The translations under genes and the position numbers were made by a program. The notes below the pieces were generated by a model, which had not been told where the DNA came from, did no database searches, and was given only the letters and a program-made list of their open reading frames with translations. Shown piece after piece: positions 1-12,573 of a stretch of DNA of 64,000 nucleotides; positions within the stretch are counted from its first letter, which is position 1; every line of letters starts with the position of its first letter. Where the stretch lies: contig JAUZTB010000127.1 of NCBI GenBank assembly GCA_034780895.1, positions 83,211,838 through 83,275,837 on the forward strand, given 5' to 3'. The stretch comes from Rhynchobatus australiae (lineage: Eukaryota).

Positions 1-281
1 ACCCCAAGATCCCTCTGTACTTCAATGCTATTAAGAGGCCTAACCATTAAATGTACACCTTCTCCTTTCATTTGACTTCCCAAAGAGCATTTGACCTCAC
101 ACTTGCCCAGATTAAACTCCATCTGCCACTTCTCTGCCCACATCTGTAACTGATTTATATCCCGCTGTATGCTTTGATAGTCCTTTACACTGCGCACAAT
201 TCCACCATTCTTGCTGTCATCCACAAATTTGCTAATCCACCCATTTACATTTTCATCCAAATCATTGATATATATCACAAA
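1..281 (-). mobile_element. CR1-clade LINE, RT fragment (decayed)
   Basis: The minus strand translates to FVIYINDLDENVNGWISKFVDDSK...QMWAEKWQMEFNLGKCEV, matching the CR1 ORF2 RT 'INDL...KFADD' and 'W...WQM.FN..KC' motifs. Confidence 0.85.
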
Positions 282-1079
282 GCTTAGCATCTCAGTATTT
301 ACGTAAACTCCTCCAATTCCACTGTCCTCCAAAATTCCCACACTTCTGGTCTGTTGGGCTTCCCTATGTACATTGGAAAAAGTACATTCTTTTGTTGAAA
401 ACAGCATACTTTCATTTCTGTCCAAATCAGATCCAAAATGGTTTCCATTCCAAGCATTGTAAGAAATCACATTAAGACCTTCTTTGTCACCAACCTTTGC
501 GATGATAGCTCCTGACAGTACAGTGCTCCATATTTAGCTTTTCAAAACTACAATACCTGCAACTACATTCATGGATTTGTAGCCAAACTTGCAGCAAGTG
601 CACACATGATGATACCTACATAAAAGGGGCCAGACATCTATATGGTAAATACAATTTTGCTGGCCACATATACAGAAGTAGTCTAAACTTAATACCCAAC
701 ATTCAGTGAAGACCCATGGGGCTCAATAATGATTTTCTAAAGAACAAATTGTGAGAAGATGCAAAAGGGGCTGATATGTATTTGGTGAAGTTTAACTGAA
801 TGATTTCTTCCATGAACCCCGTGACTTGGTGGTCCACAAGACTCTGAAATTCACTGAAAAGTAACAACCTTGACTCCAACAGATCTGGATTCATTCCCCA
901 AAGCACTTGGAAATATTATTGTTGGGATTGTTGTTGGGATGAATCCCATTCACAAGCTCTTCACAAAACTGGAAAAATAACTACTCCCATTCAAACTCCT
1001 TGGTGTAATGGTGGTCAAGCTCCAACAGAGTGGAATTTCCTTAATGACAACGGACTGGTTAGTTCATGCATTTACTGTA

Positions 1080-1411
1080 TCAACTGGATACTCCACTTCC
1101 TCATCGGCAGACCTCAGTCGGTGAGGATTGGTAACAACATCTTCTCCTCATTGAACTTCAGCACAGGTGCAACTCAGGGCTGCGTGCTTAGCCCTCTGCT
1201 CTACTCTCTATACACACATCTGCGTGGCTAAGTACAGCTCCAATGCCATCTTCAAATTCACCGAAAACATGACTGTTGTTGGGCGAATCACAGATGGTGA
1301 AGAGTCAGCTTACTGGAGCGAGATAGGAAACCTAGTTGAGTGGTGCTGCAACAACAACCTCTCGCTCAACATCAGTAAAACTAAAGAGCTGATTGTTGAC
1401 TTCAGGAAGGG
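1080..1411 (+). mobile_element. Rex1/Babar-type LINE RT fragment, truncated by N gap
   Basis: ORF 1167-1610 contains IFKFTENMTVVGRITDGEESAY...WCCNNNLSLNISKTKELIVDFRK; homologous to the copies at 4150-5730 and 26700-27733. Confidence 0.85.
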
Positions 1412-1759
1412 NNNNNNNNNNNNNNNNNNNNNNNNNNNNNNNNNNNNNNNNNNNNNNNNNNNNNNNNNNNNNNNNNNNNNNNNNNNNNNNNNNNNNNNNN
1501 NNNNNNNNNNNTTAATAAGGTGCAATTTTCCAATACTGTACACAGATATGGCATACCTTCCACATGTGCACTGGAAAAACCCAGTTGTATCTGTCAGCCA
1601 TTCCTATTGATGTTTCCACTACCTTTGTATTGTCACATTGCCATCCAATCATGAATAAGTAATATTTTTTGCCCCAGCTAAAATTGGAAAGTATTATGTT
1701 TTTATCTTTAACCCTATTATGATCTTTGATACTCACCAAGTTCAGCCAAAGTGTTTACA

Positions 1760-1852
1760 ATGAAAACTGAAAATGCTGGAGGCACCCAGCAGGTCAGACA
1801 GCATCTCTGAAAAGGAAATCGAGTTTATATTTCGGGTCAAAGGTCATCGGTT
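1760..1852 (-). mobile_element. Penelope-like element terminal repeat (pLTR) remnant
   Basis: The sequence aaaatgctggaggcacccagcaggtcagacagcatc...tttcgggtcaaaggtcatcgg is homologous to the copies at 15398, 21350, 44062 and 60525. Confidence 0.65.
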
Positions 1853-4149
1853 TTGCAGCTATGGTGTTGTACTGCAATCCACTGGTTGAATTTCTTTCTC
1901 ACTGGTCTCTGTTATAAAACTTTCAAGGGTCATGGTATTGTCCTCTTCTGTTTCAACCTCAGTACATTAGGCAATCTATTTTGTGCCTGTTGGTTGCCAG
2001 TTACATTAAGGTGAATAGATAACCATGATATACAAGCTAAACCTAAATAATTCTATGCTGTTGTGGCTCTGCTTTTAGAAGTAATTTAGTGCTGTTGACC
2101 CATCACTGCAAAGAAGTGTACACATCCAAACTAAATTGATATTTTTGTTCTGCAGTTCTTATCTGCTGGCTCTAAGGTGTAGAAGTAAGGGCTGAAGCAC
2201 ATTTGTAATTAAAGGAGATTTTACTCATTTCCTCTATTCATCTTTGGGGGTCAGGGTTGTTTTCTTAAGCATTTGCTCTTCTCTTCCCCCCCCCTCCCCC
2301 CCAAAAAAACCCTGTACTAACTCTTCTGCCTCACTTACTGGGAAGAACATGGACTTGCAAGCAACTTGAGAAGCACAAGACACTAATTCCATCAATAAGC
2401 TGCTCCAAAATCAATGAAGGAAAATAACACATCCATTCTTTCCCTGGAGCCAAAATGTACTGCTTGAAATAGGGAATCAGAAAAATGCACAGTATTGTGG
2501 ATAAGGTATCCTCCAAATCTTGTTAAATCTTAGTTTTGCACTAAGTAGGCCCATTACAGTCTGAGATACTGTTTGCTTAGGCTGTAGCATTTGGTGATAT
2601 TCGAACTTCAGGAAGCACTTGGTGGTAAGTCTTTTCTTTCCTGTCGCCTTTAACTTCTGGCTATTCATCATATTCTATTAGAGTTCTGCATGGCAGAGGA
2701 TTGTTACCAGCAATGGATTTACTATACTAAACTATCCAAGTCCAGTTGTAGTTTCTTCCTAAAGTCTTGATTCACAAACTTAATAGTGCTATCTGTGCTT
2801 AGCTTCATATTGTCAAACAGCAAAATAATCTATTTTGATCTGTCTAGCAATATTACTGTTGATGTTTTGGGTTAAATTTTACAGCAAGAGTCGCTAGTGT
2901 GTTATTTCAAAATAATCGCTCTCATGACTGGGGAAAATATGTAAACACAAAGTATCTGATCTGGTAGTGATTGTTGCTAAAACCACCAGAGAAACATTTT
3001 TAGCTGACCTGAATTAATAGCCTCAAAAAGAATATGATATCATCCCAGAAAATTTTAACAAAAGAAACAGTATTATCACACAAACTGCATAACAAAATGA
3101 CTGAGTCATCAGAATATTTTCTTTTGTAACTTTTCTTGCAGTGTCCATTGAATTTGCTGAAGATCCCTTCCACTTCTGCAACACTTCCTTCTGCCTCCTA
3201 TCAGGAGTGGACATCTTAGTTGGGCTTCTACGTGTGATTTGATCTATACCTCTTCCTGCTGCCTGCCTTTGACTGATCGCCATTCGTGTGAAAGGTATGC
3301 TGGACTGTTTCTTGCTCAGGCTTCCATCTTATATTTCCAAGTTGTAGCTCAGTTTATTCTATCTAAATCCTTTATCTGCACATAGATTGTTCATCTTACC
3401 TTCATGTCCTACAGCCTTGGTCTCTTTTGTATAACCTACCTTTTAGCTCCATCACAGGTGCTGAAGCCTTCAGTGACCATGGCCTCTCCTCATCCCCTCT
3501 GTGTTGCTTTTTTCCTGTTGAAATTCTTTAACAGCCTCATCCAATCAGTCTAGTCTTTCATGTTATTTCTCTGTCAGTCTCAAGGATTTAAAGTTATTTT
3601 GGAGAAAATTAGCAGGGCATTTAAATAGAGATGTGGTTTCTAAAATGTAATTGATTTTTTTTTAAATTGCCTGAAGGTGCAAGCAAACTAATCTGAAGCC
3701 AGCATCGAAATAAGCAAGGATAAAATACATTAGGTTTTATTGTTGTTGATATTTCTTGCAGTGAAATTGTATAACAAGTTTTTGTTTTAGAACTCTGGGT
3801 ATGGTGGAAGGAGGGTCTGTATGTTAATTGAAGTACACTTAAGTCTGCCTATAAAGTTCTGTCTCAAATGTATTCTGTTACACATGGTTAATTTTTGTCT
3901 TGCTGTGTGTCTGGAAAGAAAAATACACACTGAAGAATAAAAATTTGCTATTTTAGGATTAAATGAAGGACAGTCAAATTTTGAAATTGTATTAATAAAA
4001 CAAAAATCTCAATACCTTTTTGGAAATTTTCCAACTTCATGAAAATTTGCATCAAAGCAATCGGTTGCTTAAATCTATTTATCCCTCCACTCCTCTTAAG
4101 AGGCTCCTAAAAACTGACCTCTTCAGCCCACATCTTTGGGTGGCCCTAT

Positions 4150-5730
4150 AATCTCAGTCTCTGAGGTCGACGACTGGGCATCCTTCATGAGGGTGAATCC
4201 ATGAAAGGCATCTGCTGCAGATGGCGTACCTGGCCGAGTACTAGAGATCTGTGTGGACCAATTGCCTGGAGTATTTACGGATATATTCAAAGCTTCTGTG
4301 GCCTGAGGTTCCCACTAGCTTCAAAAAGGCATCTATTGTATCAGTGCCCAAGAGGGGTGTGGTGACCTACCTCAATGACTACTGTCCGGTGGCACTTGCA
4401 TCAACCGTAATAAAGTGCTCCGAGGGGTTGATATTAGTGCAAATCAGCTCCTGCCTCAGGGATGACCTGGATCTGCTTCAATTTGTCTTCCACCACAACA
4501 GGTCAGCAGCAGATGTGATTTCTCTGGACCATGTGCACAAAAGGAACTCGTACATCAGGCTGCTGTTCATTGACTACAGCTTGGCATTCAACATGATCAT
4601 CCCATCCAAACTCATCACCAAGTTTCAAGCCTGGGCCTCTGTACCTCTCTCTGTAAATGGATACTAACTGGCAGATGTCAGTCAGAGGACTGGTAACAAC
4701 ATCTCCTCCTCACTGACCATCAACAGGTGCACCTCAGGGCTGCATGCATCGCCCCCGCTCTACTCTCTAATATACACACATGACTGTATGGCTAAGCACA
4801 GCTCCAATGCCATATACAGATTCACCAACGACATCACTGTTGTTGGATGAATCACAGGTGGGGATGAGTCAGCTTACCGGAAAGAGAGAGGGCACCTGGT
4901 TGAGTGGTGCTGCAACAACAACCTCTCGCTCAACATCAGTAAAACTAAAGAGCTGATTGTTGACTTCAGGAAGGGGAAGGAGGGTGAACATGTGCCAGTC
5001 TACATTGGGGGATCAGCGGTAGAGAGTCAGCAGCTTTAAATTTCTGGATGTTAACATGTTGCATGACCTGTTCTGGGCCCAGCACTTAGATGCAATCGCA
5101 AGGAAGGTGGGCCAGCGTCTTTACTTTCTTAAGAGGTTAAGGAGGTTCAGCTTGTCATCAAACAATCTAACGAACTTCTACAAATGTACTGTTGAAAGTA
5201 TCCTGACTGGTTGCATCATGATCTGGAATGCACAGGAATGTAAGAAGCTGCAGGGAGTAGTGGATTCAGCCCAATACATCACAGGCACATCCCTCCCCAC
5301 CATTGGTAGTATCTACAGGAGGTGATGCTTCAGGAATGCATCATTCATCATCAAAGGTTCCCACCATCCAGGCCATGCCATCTTCTCGCAGCTACCATCG
5401 GGCAGGATACAGAAGCCTGAAGTCCCACACCACCAGATTCAAGAACAATTACTTCCATTTAACCATTCACTTCTTGAACCAACCTGCACAACCCTAATCA
5501 CTACAGTTTAGCAACACTATGATCACTTTGCACTATAATGGATTTTTTTTGTTCTAACTGTGTTCTTTCTTGTAAAAAATCTGTATAATTTATGTTTAAT
5601 TTATGTTTTTCTTGTGAATGCTGCTTATATGATGATATGAGCCTGTGATGCTGCTGCAAGTGTGTTTTTCATTGCACCTGTGCAGATATGTACTTACTTG
5701 TATATATGACAATAAACTCGACTTTGACTT
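4150..5730 (+). mobile_element. Rex1/Babar-type LINE, 5'-truncated, frameshifted RT plus 3' UTR
   Basis: ORFs 4251-4667 (FKKASIVSVPK...NDYCPVALAS...LLFIDYSLAFNMIIP) and 5056-5325 (QRLYFLKRLRRF...FYKCTVESILTGCI, DUF1891-like). Ends with aataaa followed by a (ctttga)-type tail at about 5721. Confidence 0.9.
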
Positions 5731-7939
5731 TCCAATGACAAAAAGATAAAAGAGGGAGAGAGAATGAACAAAACTGGTTGTGTAAAGTCAGATACGTAGA
5801 TTCACCTGGTGGATTTTCTCTCCTGGAGTGTAATCAAATTGCAAATCTGTGATCTATTAAAATTGCTCCAAGGCAATGTGAGACCGACAAGATACAAGAC
5901 AGGCATCGATGAGTTACATTTGAGCTGAATTCCCTCATACTTGTGGTCCTGAGAATTGTCATGAAAAATTGGCAGCATGAAAAGACAGACATCTACATAG
6001 GGTAATCTGAAACTTATTCAGAGATCAAAGGGGAATTTGGGGAGATGGATTATTATGGTCTTAAGAGAATGGCTTCATGGCATGGGGGCAATCTAATCAG
6101 GAGAGGGTGATCTGCTCAGACAACAGATTACTTTGACAGATTGACCATCAAGACAGGCTGCAGTCAGGAAGAGGTGAGCTGGTGAGCCACCAGAAGTTCT
6201 TCGTCCCTGGATTCTTGGGTTAGCCACCAAGGAAACTGTGAATATGTGGAGTTAAGCTCATAACAGAAAGAGAGAAAGGGTATGGGAGATTGTCGTTTCA
6301 GGCATTATGTTAAATTATTGTAATCTCTCATTTCAGGTGAAGGTGGATCATCAGAGAGTAAGGAATTCTGGTGTGTTGTCATTTATTAAAATCCTGGTTT
6401 AGACCTTGCACAACCAGCAGTTGTTCAGTCCCAGCCCACTGTAAACATAGGCAGACACAGGGTGGATGCCCATCCAACAGGTTAGCAGAATACAGCAAAT
6501 GTTATGAATATGGCATCACTTTCCAATAAACCCTTTGTTTCTTTATCCTTGCTCCACAGACCATGATGTACAAAACTGGTATTTAAACTAAGCAGGAGAT
6601 TTGTGAGCACATTGTCCCACCAAGTGCATTGTCACCAGAGCCAAACCACAGCAGAGCATCCAACTATCAATATTTCCAGGCCAGGGAATTAAAAACCTTT
6701 TTGTGAATCGTTTGGAACTAAAGATGCTAGATTTAAAGTAAATATGAGCATTTATTACACTGAGTTGCATGGAATCAGTTGCTTTGGATTGGTTCAGTGA
6801 TATGGTGGAATACATCATTGACATGTTTAACAAAAATAGGTCAGCTGGTTAATGCATTAATTACCAGTTGAATACATTTTGACGTTGAATAATGTCAGGC
6901 CATGGCTCTGCAATGGTAGATTTCAGAGTGTCAAATCCCTTCTGGTAGCCCAGTAACCGAGGAGGAGAAATTCAGAGTTATTATTTCAGGCAGGACAATG
7001 CTCCCCCTTAGATCTGCTTTCACAATGGGTTGTCTTGATGGCCACAACCTGACTGACCCTAAACTCTGCATGCACTCAGAATCCATGAATGCCTGATAGC
7101 TTGGCTCAGCACCCTCCCCTCCCCCCCTGCTACTGTGATCCTCTAATACAAGACTTCTGTAACATCTTCACTCCCTCAAGCTCTAATGCAGATCATTGAT
7201 TGCGATAGAATGACTTCTGCTGAAAAAAGTCAAGCTAATTGCTGTTGCTAATTAAAGTCTCACTGAAGAATATGCAGATGATTAACAGCAGATTTGGGAA
7301 TTTTTAAAAAACAGTGTACAGGACTGCGCGAGGTGACATTCAATTGTCACTTAACTATCTGAAAGCTCGAAGGGAGGATCCTCCATACTGAAAGTCGTTG
7401 TTGGCAGCTTGTCTTTCATAATCTCAGTGTTGAAACTTTTATGTGGAAAACTCCAAGTATAATAAATTGCAGATGCCACTGCTAATCTTTTGTTCTCTTG
7501 GTCTTGGCTAGTTTAATTGCTTACACACCCCACTCACTGAGCCAGAATTCAACGAGACCTAACATCTTCTTCATTCATCCCATGGAATCAACGATTTGTT
7601 TCCATGCAGTCTGGTGAAACCTGGATTAACGAAAACTCATAATTGTTTACTCTGCACATGGAAACTTCCCTTCAATTTTTCAGTGTGAATATCCTAAATT
7701 CCCTCTGGTCTCTGGAGGTATTAGAAGCAAAACTTGCTAAATGTTTTACTGCTGCAATGGGAAAATGTCAATATTCACATAATGCATCAAAATCTTGTGG
7801 CAAATAGGTCATTCCAATATGAATAGTTTTTGCACCACTTGGGTCAAGAATGGCAAAGTAGAAATTTTTGGTAATATACAAAAGATCTGTTTACATAGGA
7901 TAAAAGAAAAAATTGGGTAAACATTTGGGTATTTCATTG

Positions 7940-8270
7940 AATCATAAAAAACATATGACACAAAGAAGGTCAGTTAGCCCCTTATGTTGGACCCCACCTT
8001 CCCACATTGTCTGTGGCCTTGCAGGTTACAACTCCTCAGGTACATATTCAAGTATTTTCAAATATAATAAGGTTTCAATGTCCTTTGAGGCAGTGAGGTT
8101 CAGATCCCTAGCACTCTTCAGGTGAAAATAAATTTTCTTCATTTCCCCTCTAATCCTTTTACCAATTATCTTAAACTTATGACCCCTGGCTTTTGACCCC
8201 TCTGATAGAAATAAGTTCTACCTATTTACTCTGCTTCAGCCTTTCATAATTTTATAACCTTTAAGTTTTA
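7940..8270 (-). mobile_element. Old CR1 LINE 3' end fragment
   Basis: Resembles the other minus-strand CR1 3' ends in the window (e.g. 20135, 34838): ...tcttcaggtgaaaataaattttcttcatttcccctctaatcc...ttaaacttatgacccctgg. Confidence 0.6.
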
Positions 8271-8920
8271 TACCATCTCCAGTGTAATCACATTCTTGTT
8301 GTCATGTGGGGACCTGGAGATGTTCATCATTTGCAAAGTATTAGCAAAATTTACTGTTTTTATTTTAGTGACTCTTCACTTGGGAGGAAAAGTGGAGAAA
8401 GGCAAACAACCAGTGAGTTTCAATGTGAATATTTTGCATAAGTTAAATATTATTTCATTTAGCAATTCTATGTTCATTTTTCTTTGTTACATGGTCAGAA
8501 TAAGTACTGCAATTTGATCAGATATTGTGCTGTGCCTTAACATTTGATTATGACCATAACTTGCAAACCTATTTAAAGAATCTAAGACATAATTCAACTG
8601 AATGTTGTCATTATAGTCAGCAATGTGTGAACATATTGAAAAAGAAAGTACTCAGTGTCTGAAGAATTAGTTTAACTCTTCCATATCATGGACTCTTTTG
8701 CTAGTGCATTAAAGGATTGGTTACAATACATGTACTGTCAACGTGCTTACAAATGTGACTCTTAGATCATCACTTACGTATCATCTGCATTACACTGTTG
8801 TTTATGCAGTATTAAGTATTAATGCTCAAGTATCACCTCCAACTGCAATGTATTCCCTCTATATCGCATTAGAATGCCTGTCTAGCTTTGCCTTTGCTTG
8901 AGTGGGATTTGAAACCACAA

Positions 8921-9137
8921 CTGCATTGGGTGTTCACAATATGGTCTCCTCATCACTGGAGAAGGCAAACACCAGTTGGGTGATTGCCTTGCACAGCATG
9001 TATGTTCAGGGTTTAGGAGTGTTTCAGAGCTTCCTGCTGCCTGTCACTTAAATTCTCCATTCCACGCTCACCCTGACCTATCTGCCTGTGGCCTCCTGCA
9101 CTGTTACAATAAGGCTCAATGTAAGCTTGAGAAACAA
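8921..9137 (+). mobile_element. Penelope-like retroelement GIY-YIG endonuclease fragment
   Basis: Translates CIGCSQYGLLITGEGKHQLGDCLAQHV...LPAACHLNSPFHAHPDLSACGLLHCYNKAQCKLEKQ, the decayed form of the PLE 'C..C...YIGET.R.L..R..EH...PVA.HFN..H......LE' motif. Confidence 0.8.
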
Positions 9138-9140
9138 ATC

Positions 9141-9614
9141 CGAATCAGAATCAGAATCAGTTTTATTATCACTGACTTATATGTCATGAAATTTGTTGTT
9201 TTGTGGCAAAGACATAAAAAATTACAAATTACAAAATAAATAAAAACTGCAAAAAAAAGGAATAACAAAGTAGTGTTCATGGGTTCATGGACAATTCAGA
9301 AATTTGATGGCAGAAGGGAAGAAGCTGTTCCTAAGTCATTGAGTGTGGGTCTTCAGGCTCCTGTACCTCCTCCTCGATGGTAGTAACTAGAAGAGGGAAT
9401 GTCCCGGGTGGTGAGGGTCCTTAGTGATGGATGCCACCTTGAGGCACTGCCTCTTAACGATGTCCTCGATGGGGGGAGGAGGGTTGTGCCCGTGATGGAG
9501 CTGACTGAGTCTACAACCCTCTGCAGCCTCACGCAATCCTGTGCCTCATACCAGGCTGTGATGCAACAAGTCAGGATGCTCTCCACCAAACATCTATAAA
9601 AATTTGCAAGCGTC
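9141..9614 (-). mobile_element. Rex1/Babar-type LINE 3' portion inserted into the Penelope copy
   Basis: The minus ORF gives TLANFYRCLVESILTCCITAWY...RLQRVVDS; the (attctg)n tail is seen as gaatcagaatcagaatcag at about 9142-9160. Confidence 0.85.
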
Positions 9615-10039
9615 NNNNNNNNNNNNNNNNNNNNNNNNNNNNNNNNNNNNNNNNNNNNNNNNNNNNNNNNNNNNNNNNNNNNNNNNNNNNNNNNNNNNNN
9701 NNNNNNNNNNNNNNNNNNNNNNNNNNNNNNNNNNNNNNNNNNNNNNNNNNNNNNNNNNNNNNNNNNNNNNNNNNNNNNNNNNNNNNNNNNNNNNNNNNNN
9801 NNNNNNNNNNNNNNNNNNNNNNNNNNNNNNNNNNNNNNNNNNNNNNNNNNNNNNNAGTGGTTTTCTCTGGCTGTATCAGAACTGGCCATTTCTGCCACAA
9901 GCCTTCCATCTTTGATATTGGTTCAGCTTTTCTCTCTCCATTGGTACAGAATGACCCACTGGGCCAGTCAGACACCCGAGTTATTAGCAACACATAACGG
10001 GGATAAAGAAGTGTAATCACCACCTCACTCCCTCCATTA

Positions 10040-10240
10040 ATCTGTGTGGCCTGCCTTCACTCTATCACAGATATCACCTTTGTCCTGTTCATTCCTCCAA
10101 ACCATCTCCCCCCATTCATCTCTGCAGTGCAGAACTTATTTGTTTTTCTCTTTCCCAGTTCCAATGAAGAGTCTTCAACATTAGATATTAACCTTGATTC
10201 CCTTTCTATAAATACTGTCTAACCTGCTGAGTGTTTCCGT
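10040..10240 (+). mobile_element. Penelope 3' region and pLTR (probable continuation of 8921-9137)
   Basis: cccagttccaatgaagagtcttcaac...aatactgtctaacctgctgagtgtttcc matches the pLTR family in the same orientation as the GIY-YIG fragment. Confidence 0.6.
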
Positions 10241-11019
10241 TTTTGAACCTATAATGTTCTGACTCAGAGGGAAGGGGACTAACCACTGATCCAGCAATAC
10301 ACAAAAGCATTGGCCTGCATTTTGAGATTAGATCAATGAAAATCTTACAACGATTGCACTTAACTTGCATAGATCCCTCAGAGTTGACTTGTGATCCTAA
10401 AGTGACATGATCCTCAATGTGAGACCCTGCGTGGTACAGGCTCCTATATGCATTAATCCAAGTGAATGAAAGGTGATAGTCAGCTCCACTCACTAAAACA
10501 CTGAGATAAAAAGTCTTTGACAGCTAGCTAAGTTAATTCCACAGACTTTGACACCTATCTGACCAATGCTTTTAAATATTTCAGATCAAAAATAATCAAA
10601 AAAATCCCAAGAATATACTTGAAAATTTAAAACTGTAGCATCCATTAAAGAAAATTAGAAACACTTAAATAGATTTGAAAGCAAAGAAGCAATGAACAAA
10701 TTTAAATAAACCCAAACAACTCAAATGATGATTAGTCCAACTGACATTAATCCCCTGCAGCCATTTCTCGCCATTTAAATGAATGAAATACGCCAAGTCC
10801 AACCTGCCACAAAGATGTTCAACTGGTCTCCTCTGTCTGCGTGCTGGGAATCTCCCTAGGTTCATGCTCCAACACTGGAATTCATGAGCAATCCAACACC
10901 AGATGCATTCTTGAAAAAAACCATGAGCAGCTGACATTAACTTTAGTATTTTTAGGGGGAAGTGTTTGTAAAACCACAGATAACTGCTGACATATTATCT
11001 GCAAAATCTAAGCCAGTAT

Positions 11020-11150
11020 CATAATTGCTGCTTGCATGAGTTTGAGGTCTACAAAATTGGTTGCCATGTTTCCTATACTATAGACTGCACTTCAAAATTA
11101 CTTGATTGGCTATAAGGGGTTTTGGGACCTCCTGAGATCTTGAAGTATAG
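11020..11150 (+). mobile_element. Deu-domain SINE (SacSINE1-like) 3' fragment
   Basis: aaattggttgccatgtttcctatacta...cacttcaaaattacttgattggctataaggggttttgggacctcctgag matches my recalled DeuSINE 3' consensus. Confidence 0.65.
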
Positions 11151-11432
11151 AGATTTGTGGTATTACAGATATATTGGGAAAATGAAATCCATGTTGGACA
11201 CAATTGGAAAAATATTGTGCTAATAAAGTTAAGTTTCCACTAAAAACCCATTTGCATTACTGGAGATGTAAAATATTGCAGAAATCAGAATAACTGAAAC
11301 ATAACGGAGCAAAATTATTTCTTTTCTATCTTTACTTTAAAAACTACTTCTCAGTGTATTTAATATTGGTAACCTGGCATCATTTCATTAATACAGCTGA
11401 AAATGAGCCTACAACAGAAATTGGTAATCTGT

Positions 11433-11748
11433 CATAGAATTATACAGCATGGAAATAGGCCCTTTGGCCTACAATCTATGTAACCATTAGTCAACCAACT
11501 ACAGTGATCCCATTTTACTCTCTGCACTTTCTCATTAGCTCTCCCAGCTTCTCCCCCTCACCTAAACCACAGGCAGAATTTACAGTGGCCAATTAAGCTA
11601 GCAACATGCACATCTGTAGGATATAGGAGGAAACTGGAGCACCTGGTGGAAACCCATGTGGTCACAGGGTGAGTGTGCAACCTCCCCACAGACAGACTAG
11701 GGTCGCTGGAGATGTAAGGGAGCAGCTCTATCAGTCGTGAGTACCCTG
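11433..11748 (-). mobile_element. tRNA-derived V-domain SINE (HE1-like) with CR1-derived tail
   Basis: Contains the V-domain reverse complement ggaggaaactggagcacctggtggaaacccatgtggtcacagggtgagtgtgcaacctccccacagacag. The left end catagaattatacagcatggaaataggccctttggcc is shared with CR1 3' ends. Confidence 0.75.
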
Positions 11749-12060
11749 ATATAAACTCACTGAATAAGAGTTTTAGAAAACTACAACAAAGCACTTTATG
11801 GTTTTATTATTGTCCACTTCTAAGTATATTGTATGTTTTCTTTCATGTTGAAAAATGGTAACATCTAAAAATAAGCTGTAAGGTGGTATATTATTGGGAG
11901 CTGAAGTCAGTGTGGGATTCCCAGGCTCAAATTTTCTCATCTACAACGGATCCAATACATCATACACTTGAGCATGGGCCAGACACAACTGAATCAAAGA
12001 CAATATCCTACCATTGGGGAAGTTTAGAGTGTTCAGTTTTGTCGATAATCAAGTTGGAGA

Positions 12061-12573
12061 TGTTAGCTTGGTCCAGGAGTGTAGTGGACACAGCCCAGCA
12101 CATCATGGACACCAGCCTCCCCTCCTTGGAATCTGTCTTTACCTGTCGTTGTCTTGGTGTAGCAGCCAGCATAATCAAAGACCCCACCTACCCAGGACAT
12201 TCTCTCTTCTCTCCTCTTCCATCAGGTAGAAGATACAGGAGCCTGGGGGCACATACCACCAGACTTAAGGACAGCTTCTACCCCACTGTGATAAGACTAC
12301 TGAACGGTTCCCCTATTCAATGAGATGGACTATGACCTCATGATCTACCTTGTTGTGACCTTGCACCCTATTGCACTGCACTTTCTCTGTAGCTGTGACA
12401 CTTTACTCTGTACTGTTATTGCTTTTTTACCTGTACTACATCAATGCACTCTGTGCTAACTCACTGAAACTACACTGTGCAATGAATTGACCTGTACGAT
12501 TGGTTTGTAAGACAGGCTTTTCACTGTACCTCGGTACAAGTGACAATAATAAACCAATGCCAATACCAATACC
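12061..12573 (+). mobile_element. Rex1/Babar-type LINE 3' end, (ccaata)n-tailed subfamily
   Basis: The ORF tail reads VVDTAQHIMDTSLPSLESVFTCRCLGVAASIIKDPTYPGHSLFSPLPSGRRYRS; tail aataaaccaatgccaataccaatacc; candidate TSD agttggaga at 12052-12060 and 12574-12582. Confidence 0.85.

Noticed and set aside
3023-3283. 86-aa minus-strand ORF
   Set aside because: No recognisable domain or splice context; the opposite strand has better exon signals but stops in all frames.
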